A stretch of 63,529 nucleotides of DNA, the filler included, from Lenisia limosa (lineage: Eukaryota > Protista > Breviatea), in the NCBI GenBank assembly GCA_001655205.1. It is 12 parts of 12 records of this genome, joined end to end, with 100 filler letters (N's around TTAATTAATTAA, not from the genome) between each part and the next. Parts side by side here need not be neighbours in the genome. Positions count along the whole stretch, not along the records: positions 42,050 to 43,992 come from LPNZ01008501.1; positions 44,093 to 48,855 come from LPNZ01010975.1; positions 48,956 to 50,468 come from LPNZ01000509.1; positions 50,569 to 51,790 come from LPNZ01004123.1; positions 51,891 to 58,250 come from LPNZ01004943.1; 7 more parts are not named here. One strand, 5' to 3'. The notes under the pieces were generated by a model that had not been told where the DNA came from, searched no databases, and worked only from the letters and a program-made list of their open reading frames with translations. Below are positions 42,050 through 54,744 of this stretch, piece after piece. A program made the position numbers and the translations under genes. Each line of letters opens with the position of its first letter. Position 1 is the stretch's first letter.

Positions 42050-43583
42050 GTTAATAACCCTATATCAATTAATGTTGATGACATAATTGAAATCGAAATG
42101 ATAAATAATTCTACTGATAGGAAAATTGTGACAAAGTTTCAGGATAAAATTGACCTCGAATTTGTAAGTTTAAATTTAGATGGAGACATGAGTATTGAGA
42201 AAATGATTGAATTGCGACTAATTGGTATTGAAATTGATACAGCCACAATTCTAGCCACTGAATGGGATGAAAATGAAGGAAGACATATTCTAAATATGAG
42301 CGAAAGATTAAAATTAGGTGTAATAGATAATGTTGAAACAATAACTAATGAAAATATGTTAAATATAACAAATAATAGTGATGTAATCACATCTTTGGAA
42401 ACAAGTAATGTTAATCAAGATATATTTATTGCTGACCATTCGACTCGAATTACTAATTTAGAAACTAATGAATCTACAAATGATGGTCGAATAACTGTTT
42501 TAGAGAGTACACCTGGGACTGATTTAAGTGGTGTAGAAACTAGATTAGATACTCTAGAAAATAATCCGACTTGGAGAAAAGAAGTTGTTGACAGTGGTAG
42601 ATCTGTTTATTATAGTGAAACTGGGTTAAATATTAACATTCCTGATGAAAATAGTTTTGGAACATTACTTCAACCATTATCCTTTCCGAATAAGAGAATT
42701 GAGAATACTCAAATTGATGTTCATTTAACTTCAAATTTTACAGAAGTCAGTGCTTGGACTATTGATATAATTAAAGGTGGTTCGGTCTATAGAACTTATA
42801 CAGCAGATAATCTTTTAAGTGTAGGGACTAAACTAGTTTTCATAGATAATGAATATGAATTTAATTACAACTTTAATGATGTTTCAATAGAGATACTTAT
42901 ACGTTATAGTTTACCAGAAACGAATAACACCATTAGTTGGTTTTCAATGGAAGGTTTAGTAACGAATGGAGAAATAATTAGTTTTGATCCAATTAATTTT
43001 AAACTGGAACCTATTGAAAATAGAATAACTCCTATTGAAACAAATGTTAACACGCTACAGTCAAATAGGTCAATAGATTATTCAAATATTGTTCAAATTA
43101 TACCCAAGATAAATAAAATATTAGGATATATGAAAGACGTTGGAAAAAGTGCTAAACAATATTCAATAACCACACAAGCTATTGCTGATGGGACCGAAGC
43201 TGTTCCTATTCCTTTCGGATCTAGGGAAGATNNNNNNNNNNATTCTTAAGTCAGGTGTGTATCTAACAAATTATAATTTATACTTTTCAAATCCAGATAC
43301 AACTATTCCACACAGTTTCACAGTGTCATTAAAGAAAAACGGAGAGGTGGCTAGGATATCTCAAGTGCGAACATATGTTGATGATCTAAATTTTAATGTT
43401 TCTGCTACCGCAGTATTGCAATTAAATGTAAATGATGATATTCAAATACTAATAGACCATAATGGAAGAAATAATTTAACTCATGGTGGAAGTGATTACT
43501 ATCAGAAATCAAGTTTTGAAGTTACATTACTGAAGGATGCTGCAGTTGTTTATGAGGATGATATTCAAATATTTACTTCGTAA
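42050..43583 (+). CDS. Intronless AT-rich virus-like fibre/structural protein with coiled-coil repeats and C1q/BclA-like C-terminal domain; 5' truncated
   Basis: Frame is open from the contig start (42050) to a 10-N gap (43232-43241) and resumes to TAA at 43583. Repeats STRITNLETN, DGRITVLES, ETRLDTLENN, ENRITPIETN. C-terminus SGVYLTNYNLYF...VSLKKNG...SATAVLQLNVNDDIQI. Confidence 0.7.
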
Positions 43584-44536
43584 TTTGAAATATAAAATAA
43601 ATACTAAAATAACTAGAAAAATATATATAAAAATATAAAATTTATTTTTTATCTAATGAGAACGTACTAGGAAATTTGTTGTTGAAATTAAATCGAAAAA
43701 AATTAAATCGAAAAAATTAAATCGAAAAAATAATTAAATTGGAATTTTGTAAGAAGTATTTTGGTCCTGTTATAAAGTAAATATAGCGAATAGTACTCGA
43801 TTTTAAAATTTAGTAAAATAGTCGACTTGCTATAGGGGGTACCCTTAAGGAAAATGTGAAAAAAGTATGTAATTTTTTCAGCTTTGGAATAAAAACAGGT
43901 CTAAAATGGGCTAAAACAGGTGAATATCGATGTTTTTAGAGGATACTGATATTAATTTTATGATTTTAATAATATAGTATGAACACCATATGNNNNNNNN
44001 NNNNNNNNNNNNNNNNNNNNNNNNNNNNNNNNNNNNTTAATTAATTAANNNNNNNNNNNNNNNNNNNNNNNNNNNNNNNNNNNNNNNNNNNNCCCCCCCC
44101 CCCCTAGTCATGTATACCTTTTTAACCATTAAAAAATACCAACAAAATCAATACATTATCATGTACTTCAAGAGCTACAAGAGGATAGCGAATGATTATC
44201 TCTACCAATTTCCATTCTTTATTAACAACTTCTTGTGTAAAAGTTGACTTTTTTTGTAGCTCAAAACAGTTTCTATGCGATTGAGTATTTTTGCCATTTT
44301 GCCCAAAATTCTATCAAACTCCACCAGTTGTATACCGATCACCCTGAAACCCCCCTCCTATACCTTATGTATACCTTCTCACCACCTGTATGACCACCCT
44401 TATCAACCCTTGTGTTTTGTTAGCCAACGCTTTTTTGTTTCATAAATTGTCCAATTTTGCTCCTTTTTATCGATTCCTCGTGTGTTCCCCAAGTTTTTTA
44501 TTTTCATAAATTGTCCAATTTTACGCCCACCCCCAG

Positions 44537-47500
44537 TCCGCGAATCAGCGAAGGGGACGATGAGCTCCGACCGCCCACAGCTGCCTCAACCCGGCCCGAA
44601 ACAGCCACCACCGTATCGCCAGTATCCCGTCCTGGCACGTCCGCTCGGGACTCTCGCCCCGGTACGCACCCCTTNNNNNNNNNNNNNNNNNNNNNNNNNN
44701 NNNNNNNNNNNNNNNNNNNNNNNNNNNNNNNNNNNNNNNNNNNNNNNNNNNNNNNNNNNNNNNNNNNNNNNNNNNNNNNNNNNNNNNNNNNNNNNNNACC
44801 CCTTAATATAGTACTATTATTTTGATTCAATAAATGCTTATCGTGAATCCATATAGAGACCCGTTGTCATCTTACAGGCACCCGGCCTGGAACTTCAGGG
44901 GTTCACACTTCGCGGCCGGGGACGGGTGTCAGCATCCAATTGCCAACGTGGGAATGGGGGTATTGGGGAGTTCAGCGTGGTAAAGAGGCTATTAAACTAT
45001 GGAACTCTTATTTGACTAAAATGACTGCTCAATTTTCCTACAAGTGGATTAAACGCGCCACTTTCGCAGCCTTTTATTATTAACCCCTGGCTTTCACAGC
45101 CATATCCGAACCTTTGTTACAGTACCCCCCGCAGGTTCAAGGCGCATACCCGCACTACTTCAGGAATGCCGACGTTAGACCTCTCGTCAGCTCTCAATAA
45201 ACTTTCTGCTTATAGTAAGCCTTGGTCTCATAATAAACTTCCGCTTTTAGTGTCGGGGCACTTTACTTTGTCACTGTATCATTTATGTTCTACAAGGCAT
45301 ATTTTTGCGCTTATCCTTACTCAGTTAAAATTTTACCATCCCTCCACTCACTCTATGAAGATGACTCTTACTTTCCAGCCTCACCAGTTGTGTCTCCCCA
45401 AGTCACGCCAAGGCTGCAGTCCAAACCAACAAGCGCTAGGGTGGGTGGCTAATGATTGAAGGGCTATGAGCAATTATTGTTTTTTTGAAAAGAAATTTAT
45501 TAATGTAAGTGGAATCTTAAGTGTCTGAAACTGAGTATTCATAACAGGGTTACCCACTTCAAAGTTCCAAAAAAAGTTTCCAATGGAATGCACTTGTCCT
45601 GAGACGGACTTTTTGTTATTTTGTAAAATTTTTTTTTTTCAAAATTTGACGTGGGACATAGTGTAACCAGAAGCCCTTTTCAGACACTTTAATTTCTATT
45701 TTGTCAATTAATTTCTTCAAGTAATTAATTGCACGGAACTCTAATTTTTACTTGGTGTCAACTTCTTGTCCCTCCGTCTTTCCGGAGTTGATATTTTTGT
45801 GTTTGGTACTGCTTTGACTTGCCCCCAGCTGCAACCCGTGGAAGAGCCCTCAACACCAGAGGATGAAACAGACCAATTCAGGGTGGGGGGAGGTGTCAGA
45901 TCATGATTTCCTGGCTTTCAATTGCTTTGCCTTGCACACTGTATCCCCCAGCATTGTTTTGTTTTTCTCATCNNNNNNNNNNNNNNNNNNNNNNNNNNNN
46001 NNNNNNNNNNNNNNNNNNNNNNNNNNNNNNNNNNNNNNNNNNNNNNNNNNNNNNNNNNNNNNNNNNNNNNNNNNNNNNNNNNNNNNNNNNNNNNNNNNNN
46101 NNNNNNNNNNNNNNNCTGCCGTGCGATGTGGTCTGGCTATCCAAAAGGCGCTCAAGGAAAAATCCAAGGGTGAGTTGGTCATGACTAGTACCTTTTTTTT
46201 TGTACAAGCTAGGAACCCATATAAACACTCAGAGTACAACGAAATTGACAAATATAATTAGACACTATGTTCGAATTTATAGTATACAGATGTACGTTCT
46301 TTATTTCAATCATTCACTTTTCAGACACAAAGGACCCCGCTAGCACTTTAGGGCTTCATATTGCAATTTCTTCTGGTGGGTGGTTACTACAATGTTCCGT
46401 CAATGCTCCAGACCTCCCAGTTTATCATCGTTGTTTCTCTCTTTTCATTGGTGCTATTTTTTGCTCAAACTAATGTGCATACGGCTTGAACCCTCCCCCC
46501 CTCAAATATTTAGCCAACAGAGTTGATTTTGAGTGGCATCATTTACCCTTTGGTTGCTCGTGTTTGATTGTTTTTTTTTGTTTTTTGTGGAGTTGCAGAT
46601 TATTCGGTTCGTGATTAGTACCTTTATGCCATTATTCTTTATCCTTCGTTTTACCTCTCTCCCCCCCCCCCCCNNNNNNNNNNNNNNNNNNNNNNNNNNN
46701 NNNNNNNNNNNNNNNNNNNNNNNNNNNNNNNNNNNNNNNNNNNNNNNNNNNNNNNNNNNNNNNNNNNNNNNNNNNNNNNNNNNNNNNNNNNNNNNATGGG
46801 AGTTTGTCACAGCCGGCGCGCCGTTTCACAATCTCGAGCGCGCGCTGGGTCTTTCCAAAACTGGTAAGCTTGGTTGGCTATAAACTGGTAAGCTTGGTGG
46901 GCTATAATCGGTTTTATATATTTGAACAAGGCACAAGTATGTTTTAGCTCAAGTATATGACCTTGATTGTATGTTTATATTATCTGCCTGATAGTTTACA
47001 GATATATAGCCCGTGTATGCATAAGCTCTTTTTTTTTACTCATAAATTTTCCAATTTTAGGCCAACAGAGTTAATTTGGGCTTTTTGTTTCGTAACTTTT
47101 CCAATTTCACCCCCCCCCCCACCNNNNNNNNNNNNNNNNNNNNNNNNNNNNNNNNNNNNNNNNNNNNNNNNNNNNNNNNNNNNNNNNNNNNNNNNNNNNN
47201 NNNNNNNNNNNNACTCCTTCACAGGCCTCCCCCTTCCAAACGGGGACGTCAAGGTCATGAGTGGCCCAATGGATCCAGTAATCGGTGGGTGGCGGCTTAT
47301 TAATGGTTTTTTTTTCACCGTATACAGTATATCAAACCTCGTAAATTCAAATCGATTGTTTGACACTCATAAGGATCACATTGACGTTTTAGCCCAATCA
47401 GCGACAGACGACTATTCCAAAGACCCTTCAGCAATCCTGAACGCCAAAAACTCAGCGGTACGGGATTTTTAAAATGTGATATGAACGGTGTTATTATCTT

Positions 47501-48688
47501 AATAACATGCATTCTGTTGTATGATTATGGTTTTTAAAGTATGTACTTCTGAAAGTAGTTTACGAAATTAGGAGCTACTGTCGATGATCAAGCCCGTTCG
47601 TGGCTACATCCAGAAAGAGGTAAGCCCCCTCTCATTCCAACCACATATTTGGAGGCGCGGAGTGATTTTTAGTTGTTATTTTTATAAGATGGTTCCATGT
47701 TTTCGACTTCCTTTTCCAAATAACCTCTCCTTTCAAATCTTACCTTCGCTGGAGTGATGGGATGCGGTGCTGNNNNNNNNNNNNNNNNNNNNNNNNNNNN
47801 NNNNNNNNNNNNNNNNNNNNNNNNNNNNNNNNNNNNNNNNNNNNNNNNNNNNNNNNNNNNNNNNNNNNNNNNNNNNNNNNNNNNNNNNNNNNNNNNNNNN
47901 NNNNNNNNNNNNNNNNNNCGGTTCGAATCCGGGCAAACAGCCCTCTTCGGAGAGCAGCGGAGTGTCTCGGTGGTGTTCGTCAAACTCAACGGTATCAATA
48001 CCACTGGGGCAACGGTGGACGTACAGGCTATCAACATGTGCCTCAGGTGGGTGGAGGTGCTATATCTGTGCTAAGGGGTGCGCGCGCGTGTGTGTGGGGG
48101 TTGTCTTATTGGACAGTTGTTATGATTGATGATTGCAGTATTAAGCATACAATGACAATATCGAGTTGACACAGCAGGGCGGTCCAACGCGTGATATTCA
48201 GATACGAAGGCATGCTCCGGCAGATGCTCATTGACGACAAAGGTGAGAGGGGTATTGGTTAGACTTCACAGCAGTAATAGACTGAATAGCTCGATAGATC
48301 CTCGATAAATATCGATATTTCCCGGTCTTTTTGGAGCAAGAACTGAGGGGTGTTGGCGTATGACTCTATGTTTTATACCGAGCTGATAAGAAACACCCAA
48401 GCTCATCTTCTGAGTGGGTCCAATTGAGTCTCTCCCCCAGGCACCAACTGACCCTTGCTTTGTTTTATTTTTCAACCCTCGGGTGGTGCTGGCCACGGAG
48501 TTGATTTTTGGGCTTTTTTTAGTTTTCATAATTTTTCCAGTTTTACTCCCCAGGTACTGTTATCATTGGCATATTCGGCGCCATTCTGAGCCACACTGAC
48601 GACCCGACCCGGGCGGTCAAGGCCTCCCTGCTGTGCTCCAAGGCCCTGTCAAGTCTCAGCCAACAGTCTAGTATTGGCGTTACGACTG
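44537..48688 (+). CDS. Soluble-type (ADCY10/sAC-like) class III nucleotide cyclase, partial
   Basis: AVRCGLAIQ, GLHIAISSG, WEFVTAGAP (first cyclase domain); GEQRSVSVVFVKL, YEGMLRQMLIDDKGTVIIGIFG, DDPTRAV, SIGVTTG (second domain). N-terminal SRPGT-repeat exons. Truncated at contig ends. Confidence 0.85.
48455..48553 (+). repeat. Dispersed intronic repeat Z-W ending in TTTTAC+C-tract at a splice site, representative copy
   Basis: Shared motifs CAACCC(TT)GTGTG, CCAACAGAGTTGATTTTGGGC and TTTCATAAATTTTCCAATTTTAC(C)n recur at about 24900, 34203, 35910(-), 40509(-), 41085, 44400, 46515, 47062, 53140, 27874(-). Head motif GGAGTGATGGGATGCGGTGCTGCAGAAGCGACTGGCCTGGGCTTTG at about 19880, 24781, 26668, 41015, 47749, 37670(-), 51940(-). 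Confidence 0.85.
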
Positions 48689-48716
48689 GTTGGGGGCGGG
48701 GGTCAAGGCTTGGAGT

Positions 48717-48770
48717 TAGTACTTCACTTCGGTTCGGTTTGATCTCAGATCGATGGGGAGTGAAGCACTA
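48717..48770. mobile_element. Minimal 54-bp hAT-type MITE with perfect 8-bp TSD
   Basis: TAGTACTTCACTTC / GAGTGAAGCACTA flanked by CTTGGAGT on both sides. Confidence 0.88.
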
Positions 48771-49003
48771 CTTGGAGTGAAGTGTATGTAACAGCAGGAC
48801 AGGATCATTATTCTAAAAGATGTGGAGTGATTATATGGTAATATAAGTATCCCCCNNNNNNNNNNNNNNNNNNNNNNNNNNNNNNNNNNNNNNNNNNNNT
48901 TAATTAATTAANNNNNNNNNNNNNNNNNNNNNNNNNNNNNNNNNNNNNNNNNNNNTAACCCGATCTCAGACTCTTAGTAAATCGCCCATCTAACCCACTG
49001 CAG

Positions 49004-50410
49004 TTGCCATGACAATCCGAGCGGTTGAAGACGATGAAACGCTGTCCACACATTACCGAAGCATGCTGAACAATGCTCATCAGGTTCATATCCAAGTCCA
49101 CTCTGTCCTCGTGGTTTGTGGGAAAGTCCAATTATATTTGATCCACAAAGCTTCTTTTTTATTACAAGCTGCCAGCTATTCTTCCTTTTTAGTCCATACC
49201 TTCCTTTTTACCTTCCTTTGGAGGCAACTCCCTAACTTCCTTTTCAGGCAGTTCGTAGGCGAGATCTTCACAAACTAGCCGCGGAAAGTTCTGACGTCAC
49301 CAATAAAACAACTGCTCTGATGGATGCTCTTACGAAGGTTCGCCGAAATCGTTTATAAACATGATGTTGCTAAGACTTTCCTTCGTTTTTTTTTGTTTAT
49401 TGGATGTTTTTATCACCTCCCCCCAGGTTCTTGATACGCGAATGGTCCGACTCACCACGCTCATGGATCAGTTGAGGAATCACCCCAGCCCCTTCCAGAA
49501 CAACCTCGATGATGTGAGGGCGGTTCTTTGAATTTTGATGTTTTTTTTTTACTTGTTTTTTTGTTGTTGATTCCAAATCTATTTTCGTGACAGAAAGTTC
49601 CCCTCACCCCCACAGGTTGCCACAGCCCTTACGGATGACTCGAGAAAAGACTTCACCTCCTCCCTATCCACCCTGTCGTCATTAGTATCTACTTCTTTCA
49701 AGACCTACTCCACCAGCTCAGCGGTGGGTGTTTTGCCAAATATCATCCATAGAGTATCATAGAATATCATGTTTGTGACAGTACTACTGAACAACAAGTT
49801 TCAATTCCTCAATGAATGATAAGCGTCACATTGCACAGGGATGTGCGGATAAGGAACTCAACCAACGCCTTCGCCTAACAGAAAGACGCGAAAAGCTCAA
49901 ACTCACTGTGGAGGTTGGCTGCAAATAGTTCTGGTTCTATCAAACCGATAAAAAAAACGAGATTACTCGTGGATATTTCGATTATTTCAGTCTTTTTCAG
50001 GACCTAATTGAACTTCTAGTTGACTATGGCGCTGAGATTGCTTTACCTTCCACTATCTAACCCCCCAGAATTGCCAGGCTAAAATTCATGACGCTGTGGA
50101 GGCTGTTACCGCCAAAGTGAGTTGCTATTTATTGTTGCATGTTGTGACTATGTTTTCACAGTTACATTTTAGTTTGTGCTACGTATTATCTCAACCTCCT
50201 TTTGCTGCTACCTTTTATTTTTTCTCGTTACATTGCTTCCCTCCTTTACATAGATACTATATTATTTTGCCTGCTTTTATCTTGGTTGTTAACACGCTTT
50301 AGGAACTTGAAAACGAGGCCCTGGGAGTGGTGCTGAACCTAGCTTCCGCCGCTTTCACCGAGTTCATTCACATGATGGAGGAGACTATTGATGGTGAACT
50401 GACCCACACC
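49004..50410 (+). CDS. Uncharacterised helical/coiled-coil protein, 7 exons visible, partial
   Basis: Seven exons join in frame through phase-0 GT-AG introns with no stops (e.g. AVRRRDLHKLAAESSDVTNKTTALMDALTK). Confidence 0.7.
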
Positions 50411-50727
50411 GTAGGGGGGGGGGGTAAAACTAAGGAAATTTCGATGAAGAATATTGACGTACTGATCANNNNNNNNNNNNNNNNNNNNNNNNNNNNNNNN
50501 NNNNNNNNNNNNTTAATTAATTAANNNNNNNNNNNNNNNNNNNNNNNNNNNNNNNNNNNNNNNNNNNNTTATTGCTATAATATACATATATTATAGCTAT
50601 ATGATATATGATATATGATAATATATATCTCATATACTATAGATATAGATATATATAGATAGATAGATATATTATATATATTTGTATATTGTTGGAGTTG
50701 TGTCAGTTTGAATTTGTCACATTCCAG

Positions 50728-51677
50728 ATGGTTCCAAGCTCTGGAGGCTCTCAAAGGAAAACTCGTCTTATTCTACAGCAAGAATGACACTGTCTTATCC
50801 TTGATGTTGGGGGGGGGGTAGACATCCTTGATGTTGGGGGTGTAGATACGAGTTTGTTTGAGAAGGTCTCTTTCATGGTTTAGAATGGGCTTTGGAGAGA
50901 GTATTCCCAATCATATGATGGCCTTCTTTCTGCCTTTTGCCGGTATGTGTGGTTATTAACTTTTTCAATGCAAGTCACTGCTCTTTGATAAGTGATAAAC
51001 GGTGTCCATTATTGGTGGTACAAAACAGAATGATGAAGTACACTTATGCCAGATGAGTGTTATATAATCTAAATGTGTGCAAATTCAAATTGAAAATACA
51101 ATACACACAAGCCTTTTACCTTCACATTTCTGTTTGTTGACCTCTTAGCGGCGCATCTCACCCACGAAGCTTTCCATCAGTTCCGCTCTGAAGACCTTGC
51201 CAGCGTTTACATTGCTAGTGGGAATGAGGAGTTTGGGTCCTTTTGTTGCAACAATTACCCAACTAACACTTAATTCTAATTAATTAACTTAATTTCTTAT
51301 ATAAATATGATAATGCGCCATTGTGTGACATAATATTTCTTGGTATACTTTTCTCACAGATAAAGAGAAGAAGAAGGGCGAAACAGACATTCCTCTCATC
51401 TACGATGTTTCAAGCACAGTTGAAGACCATTCAGCTTATTACGGCAACTCTCGGTTTGTTTTTCAAAATAAGCAAAGGGACTGAACTGAACGTTTAGGTT
51501 TGGAGTTTTCTAGAGGAGAAGCTCAAGTCCAAGTTCTATCGATGCACTGCGGCAATTCGTGAAGAGTAGAGAGGTACTGGTTTTATTTGTTTATTTGTTT
51601 CTTTCAATGCTTCACGACTCAAAAACAGACCCTTCCCTTTCTTGAAGGGAAATCCGCCAAGCCAAATGGCCTAAAGG
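50728..51677 (+). CDS. Exons of an uncharacterised gene (partial)
   Basis: Several exon-like segments with GT-AG borders (WFQALEALKGKLVLFYSKNDT; KEKKKGETDIPLIYDVSSTVEDHSAYYGNS). Phases only partly resolved. Confidence 0.45.
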
Positions 51678-52781
51678 GTATCTACACCTTATACATTATA
51701 CAAAAGAAAAAAGAACTAAATTACAGCAGGTGACCTAGGTGGAAAACTACAATGGTGAAAAAAAGAGGCAACAAAAAGAAAAAATACGCTNNNNNNNNNN
51801 NNNNNNNNNNNNNNNNNNNNNNNNNNNNNNNNNNTTAATTAATTAANNNNNNNNNNNNNNNNNNNNNNNNNNNNNNNNNNNNNNNNNNNNCCCCCCCCCC
51901 CCCAATTAACTCTTTTATTTAACATTTGACAGCACACGGGGTTAAAAACAACAAAACAAACAAAGCTCAGGTCAGTCGCTTCGGTCACTCCAGCACAGGG
52001 CATGGAGCAGGATTTTGTCCTAATAATTCATTGAAGTCAAGTCCCTTTCCCATCTTCCATCAACCATCACCTCTTCCTCCCCCCCCCCCCCCCNNNNNNN
52101 NNNNNNNNNNNNNNNNNNNNNNNNNNNNNNNNNNNNNNNNNNNNNNNNNNNNNNNNNNNNNNNNNNNNNNNNNNNNNNNNNNNNNCTGAAACTCGACCAT
52201 TTTCAGCCTGCCATTCTAGTGGGTTACACATGTGATCTTTTTTTGAGGTAAAGAAAACGCGTTAATATTATCCTGGACTACAGCAACTTGGTGACTATTG
52301 GCCACTATTAAAGGGGTTACTTTTGAAAAAGTTGTTTCGGATGCAAGCCATTCTAGTGGAGGTTACAGATGTGTCAGCCATCCAAAGCGAATCACTTTTC
52401 TGATATTTTGTTTCCGTTTCAATGATGAAAAAAGTAAATGCTACTGAAGTATTTTCTAGAGATACCCTCGATCGTTTTGTTTCAATACCCTGCTACAGTT
52501 CAAACCTCGTCCATTCAGGAAGAGAGTAGACTATGTTCGGCTTATATATTTCCAATATGTACTGTATAATACATGTATTATGTCATATCATATGATATTG
52601 CCTATTATCAATATTAATATTCTTCATCATATCATATTATGATAGATCTTAAGCAGACACAGAGCCACAAATTTATTCAAATCATGACATATCCTCATAG
52701 TATAAAAGCATAAAGTGACAGTGATGAAGATTGAAAAGGAAATCCCAAATGTGTTCATCCCCCCATCCAACCCATACCAAC

Positions 52782-54497
52782 CTGCGATGTAGACAGGTGG
52801 AGAATTTCCCTCTCCTGCGAGATTTTATTGCCCGCAAGTAGTAGAGTTCGAAGATTGGACGCGCAAAGCGCTGATATGCCCTATGGTTGTCAAAGGAAAT
52901 TGGGTAAAGCGTCAAAAAAAAGACTGAATTCCCAGTAAATCTGAGAAAATTATTGATATTTGATCAGTCTTTTGGGACCAAATATGACGCTATCTAATTG
53001 GAAATATGAAAGGTAAAATGTTGAGGTGATCCTGATGTTAAGGCTAATTTACTTTTTTGGAGTTTCTTCTTCAGTTAGCAATTAGTATTATTACGCCAAT
53101 ATTCATTGATTGTCTGTTCTCAACTCCCTTGTGTTGCTAACCAACAGAGTTGATCTTGGGCTTTTTGTGTTTCATAAATTTTTCTTTACACCCCCCCCTC
53201 CCGCACTTTCAGGCTTGTCAGAAGATTGGACGACAGGTCTAAGTGTCGAAGTTTCTTGAGGGAACTTAAGTCAGTGACATGGGAGAGCTACAGAGTGAAC
53301 AACGGAAAACAGACAGTTGCAATGATGGACAGTTGCAATGATGAACAAACCAGTTTTTTTTGTAAAAGAAAATATCAACTTCAGGGATTCCAAAAATTAT
53401 AAGATTAACAGTGTTTACTCACCCTCATCCCCACTCAAATTAAGTTTTAAAAAAAAAGATAGAAACCCAGCATACTCTGTTTCCGCTCAGATCAAGACTA
53501 ACAAGGCTACGCACACGACCAACACCAAACGATGACGTCAGCAGATTGTCGGCAAGAGAGAGGCGAAGTAGCGTGGGGTGGGCCGGGATGAGGGGGGAAG
53601 AAGATTCGTCGGAGAGCAGCGATCGTAGCTTCATTGTGAAATCTTTAACAACTATCTTTTTTTTGAAATAAAAACAAGTAGATCATATGGTAATGAACAC
53701 GATAAGTCCTGATACGATTGACTAAAGATAAAGCTCAATATCCGTGTCAGAACTTATTGCAGTCAGTGTACATATGTACAGTGACCAGGATAAGTCTTGT
53801 CCATTTTTCCTAGGGAAATCATAGAGTAAATCGGAAGACTTATCTCGTATACTGAATATGTTCCATTTGTCGACGTCTTATCAAACAACGGGATAGTATT
53901 TCCTTTTGATAACTTATTTCACAATACCGCTTTTATTACCGCCCCATTCTTTGATCAGCCAACTTATGTATTTCACTATCCTGTGATTTTTCTTTAATGT
54001 TGTTCACAAAATTAATTTTAGGAAAACAGTTATGATTAACTGATTTAAGAAATCCACAATAATATTTCTATTTATTTTAAAAAACTGTCTCAGATCTACA
54101 TTTTAAATTCATACGAGACAATACTTCAGTAAAATATTTTAAACGATCGATCTTCTGTCCAGAACTTGATGAAATGATATCAGCTCTAATATCATCATTG
54201 CAACTCTCTGATCGAGAGAAATGACCACCTGTCTCACCTTGTTATGTGAAAGGTTCAATTCTTCTAATTGAGATGCCATAAACAGCCCTGAGATTTCCTC
54301 CAAGCACTCCAAACATCTTGTTGAAAGGTCAAGGGTGACGGAAGCGGGATCAACTGAAGACGGTTAGATAAAAGCGCGGGTGAAATACCTTCCACTAAAA
54401 TGGGAGTCGCATTTGGGGCTTTTACTTCTCTAGTAGGCCTTGCAACAGGCGGAGGGCCAGTTGCTGTGCCCCAGGCACCAAACTGAATACCAGCCAT
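52782..54497 (-). CDS. Leucine-rich repeat protein (continues to lower coordinates)
   Basis: LEELNLSHNK, LLRLSLADNLL, LVSLDLSGNRL, LRHLDLSSNLLTSL, LRTLLLAGNKI; ATG at 54497. Confidence 0.85.
53779..53854. mobile_element. CAGTG-ended MITE, copy 3
   Basis: TA|CAGTGACCAGGATAAGTCTT ... AAGACTTATCTCGTATACTG. Confidence 0.7.
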
Positions 54498-54744
54498 TGA
54501 TAGTTACCACTTTATTATCATGCTAAACGTTATAGATACGTTATTTAACTATAGCATTTGATTCAAAAACGAAAACCTGCAAAAAACTGAAAAACCAACG
54601 CCTAAAAAGCAAACACAGGCATATGTAACCCCATGTAATTTTACTATAAAAGTTATTTTTGTTTTTTTGAAAAAAGGCTTTTGTTGAAGAAATAATTAGG
54701 TGTAATTAGCGACAAGAGGTGTATTCATTGAAAAAAGCAGCAAT

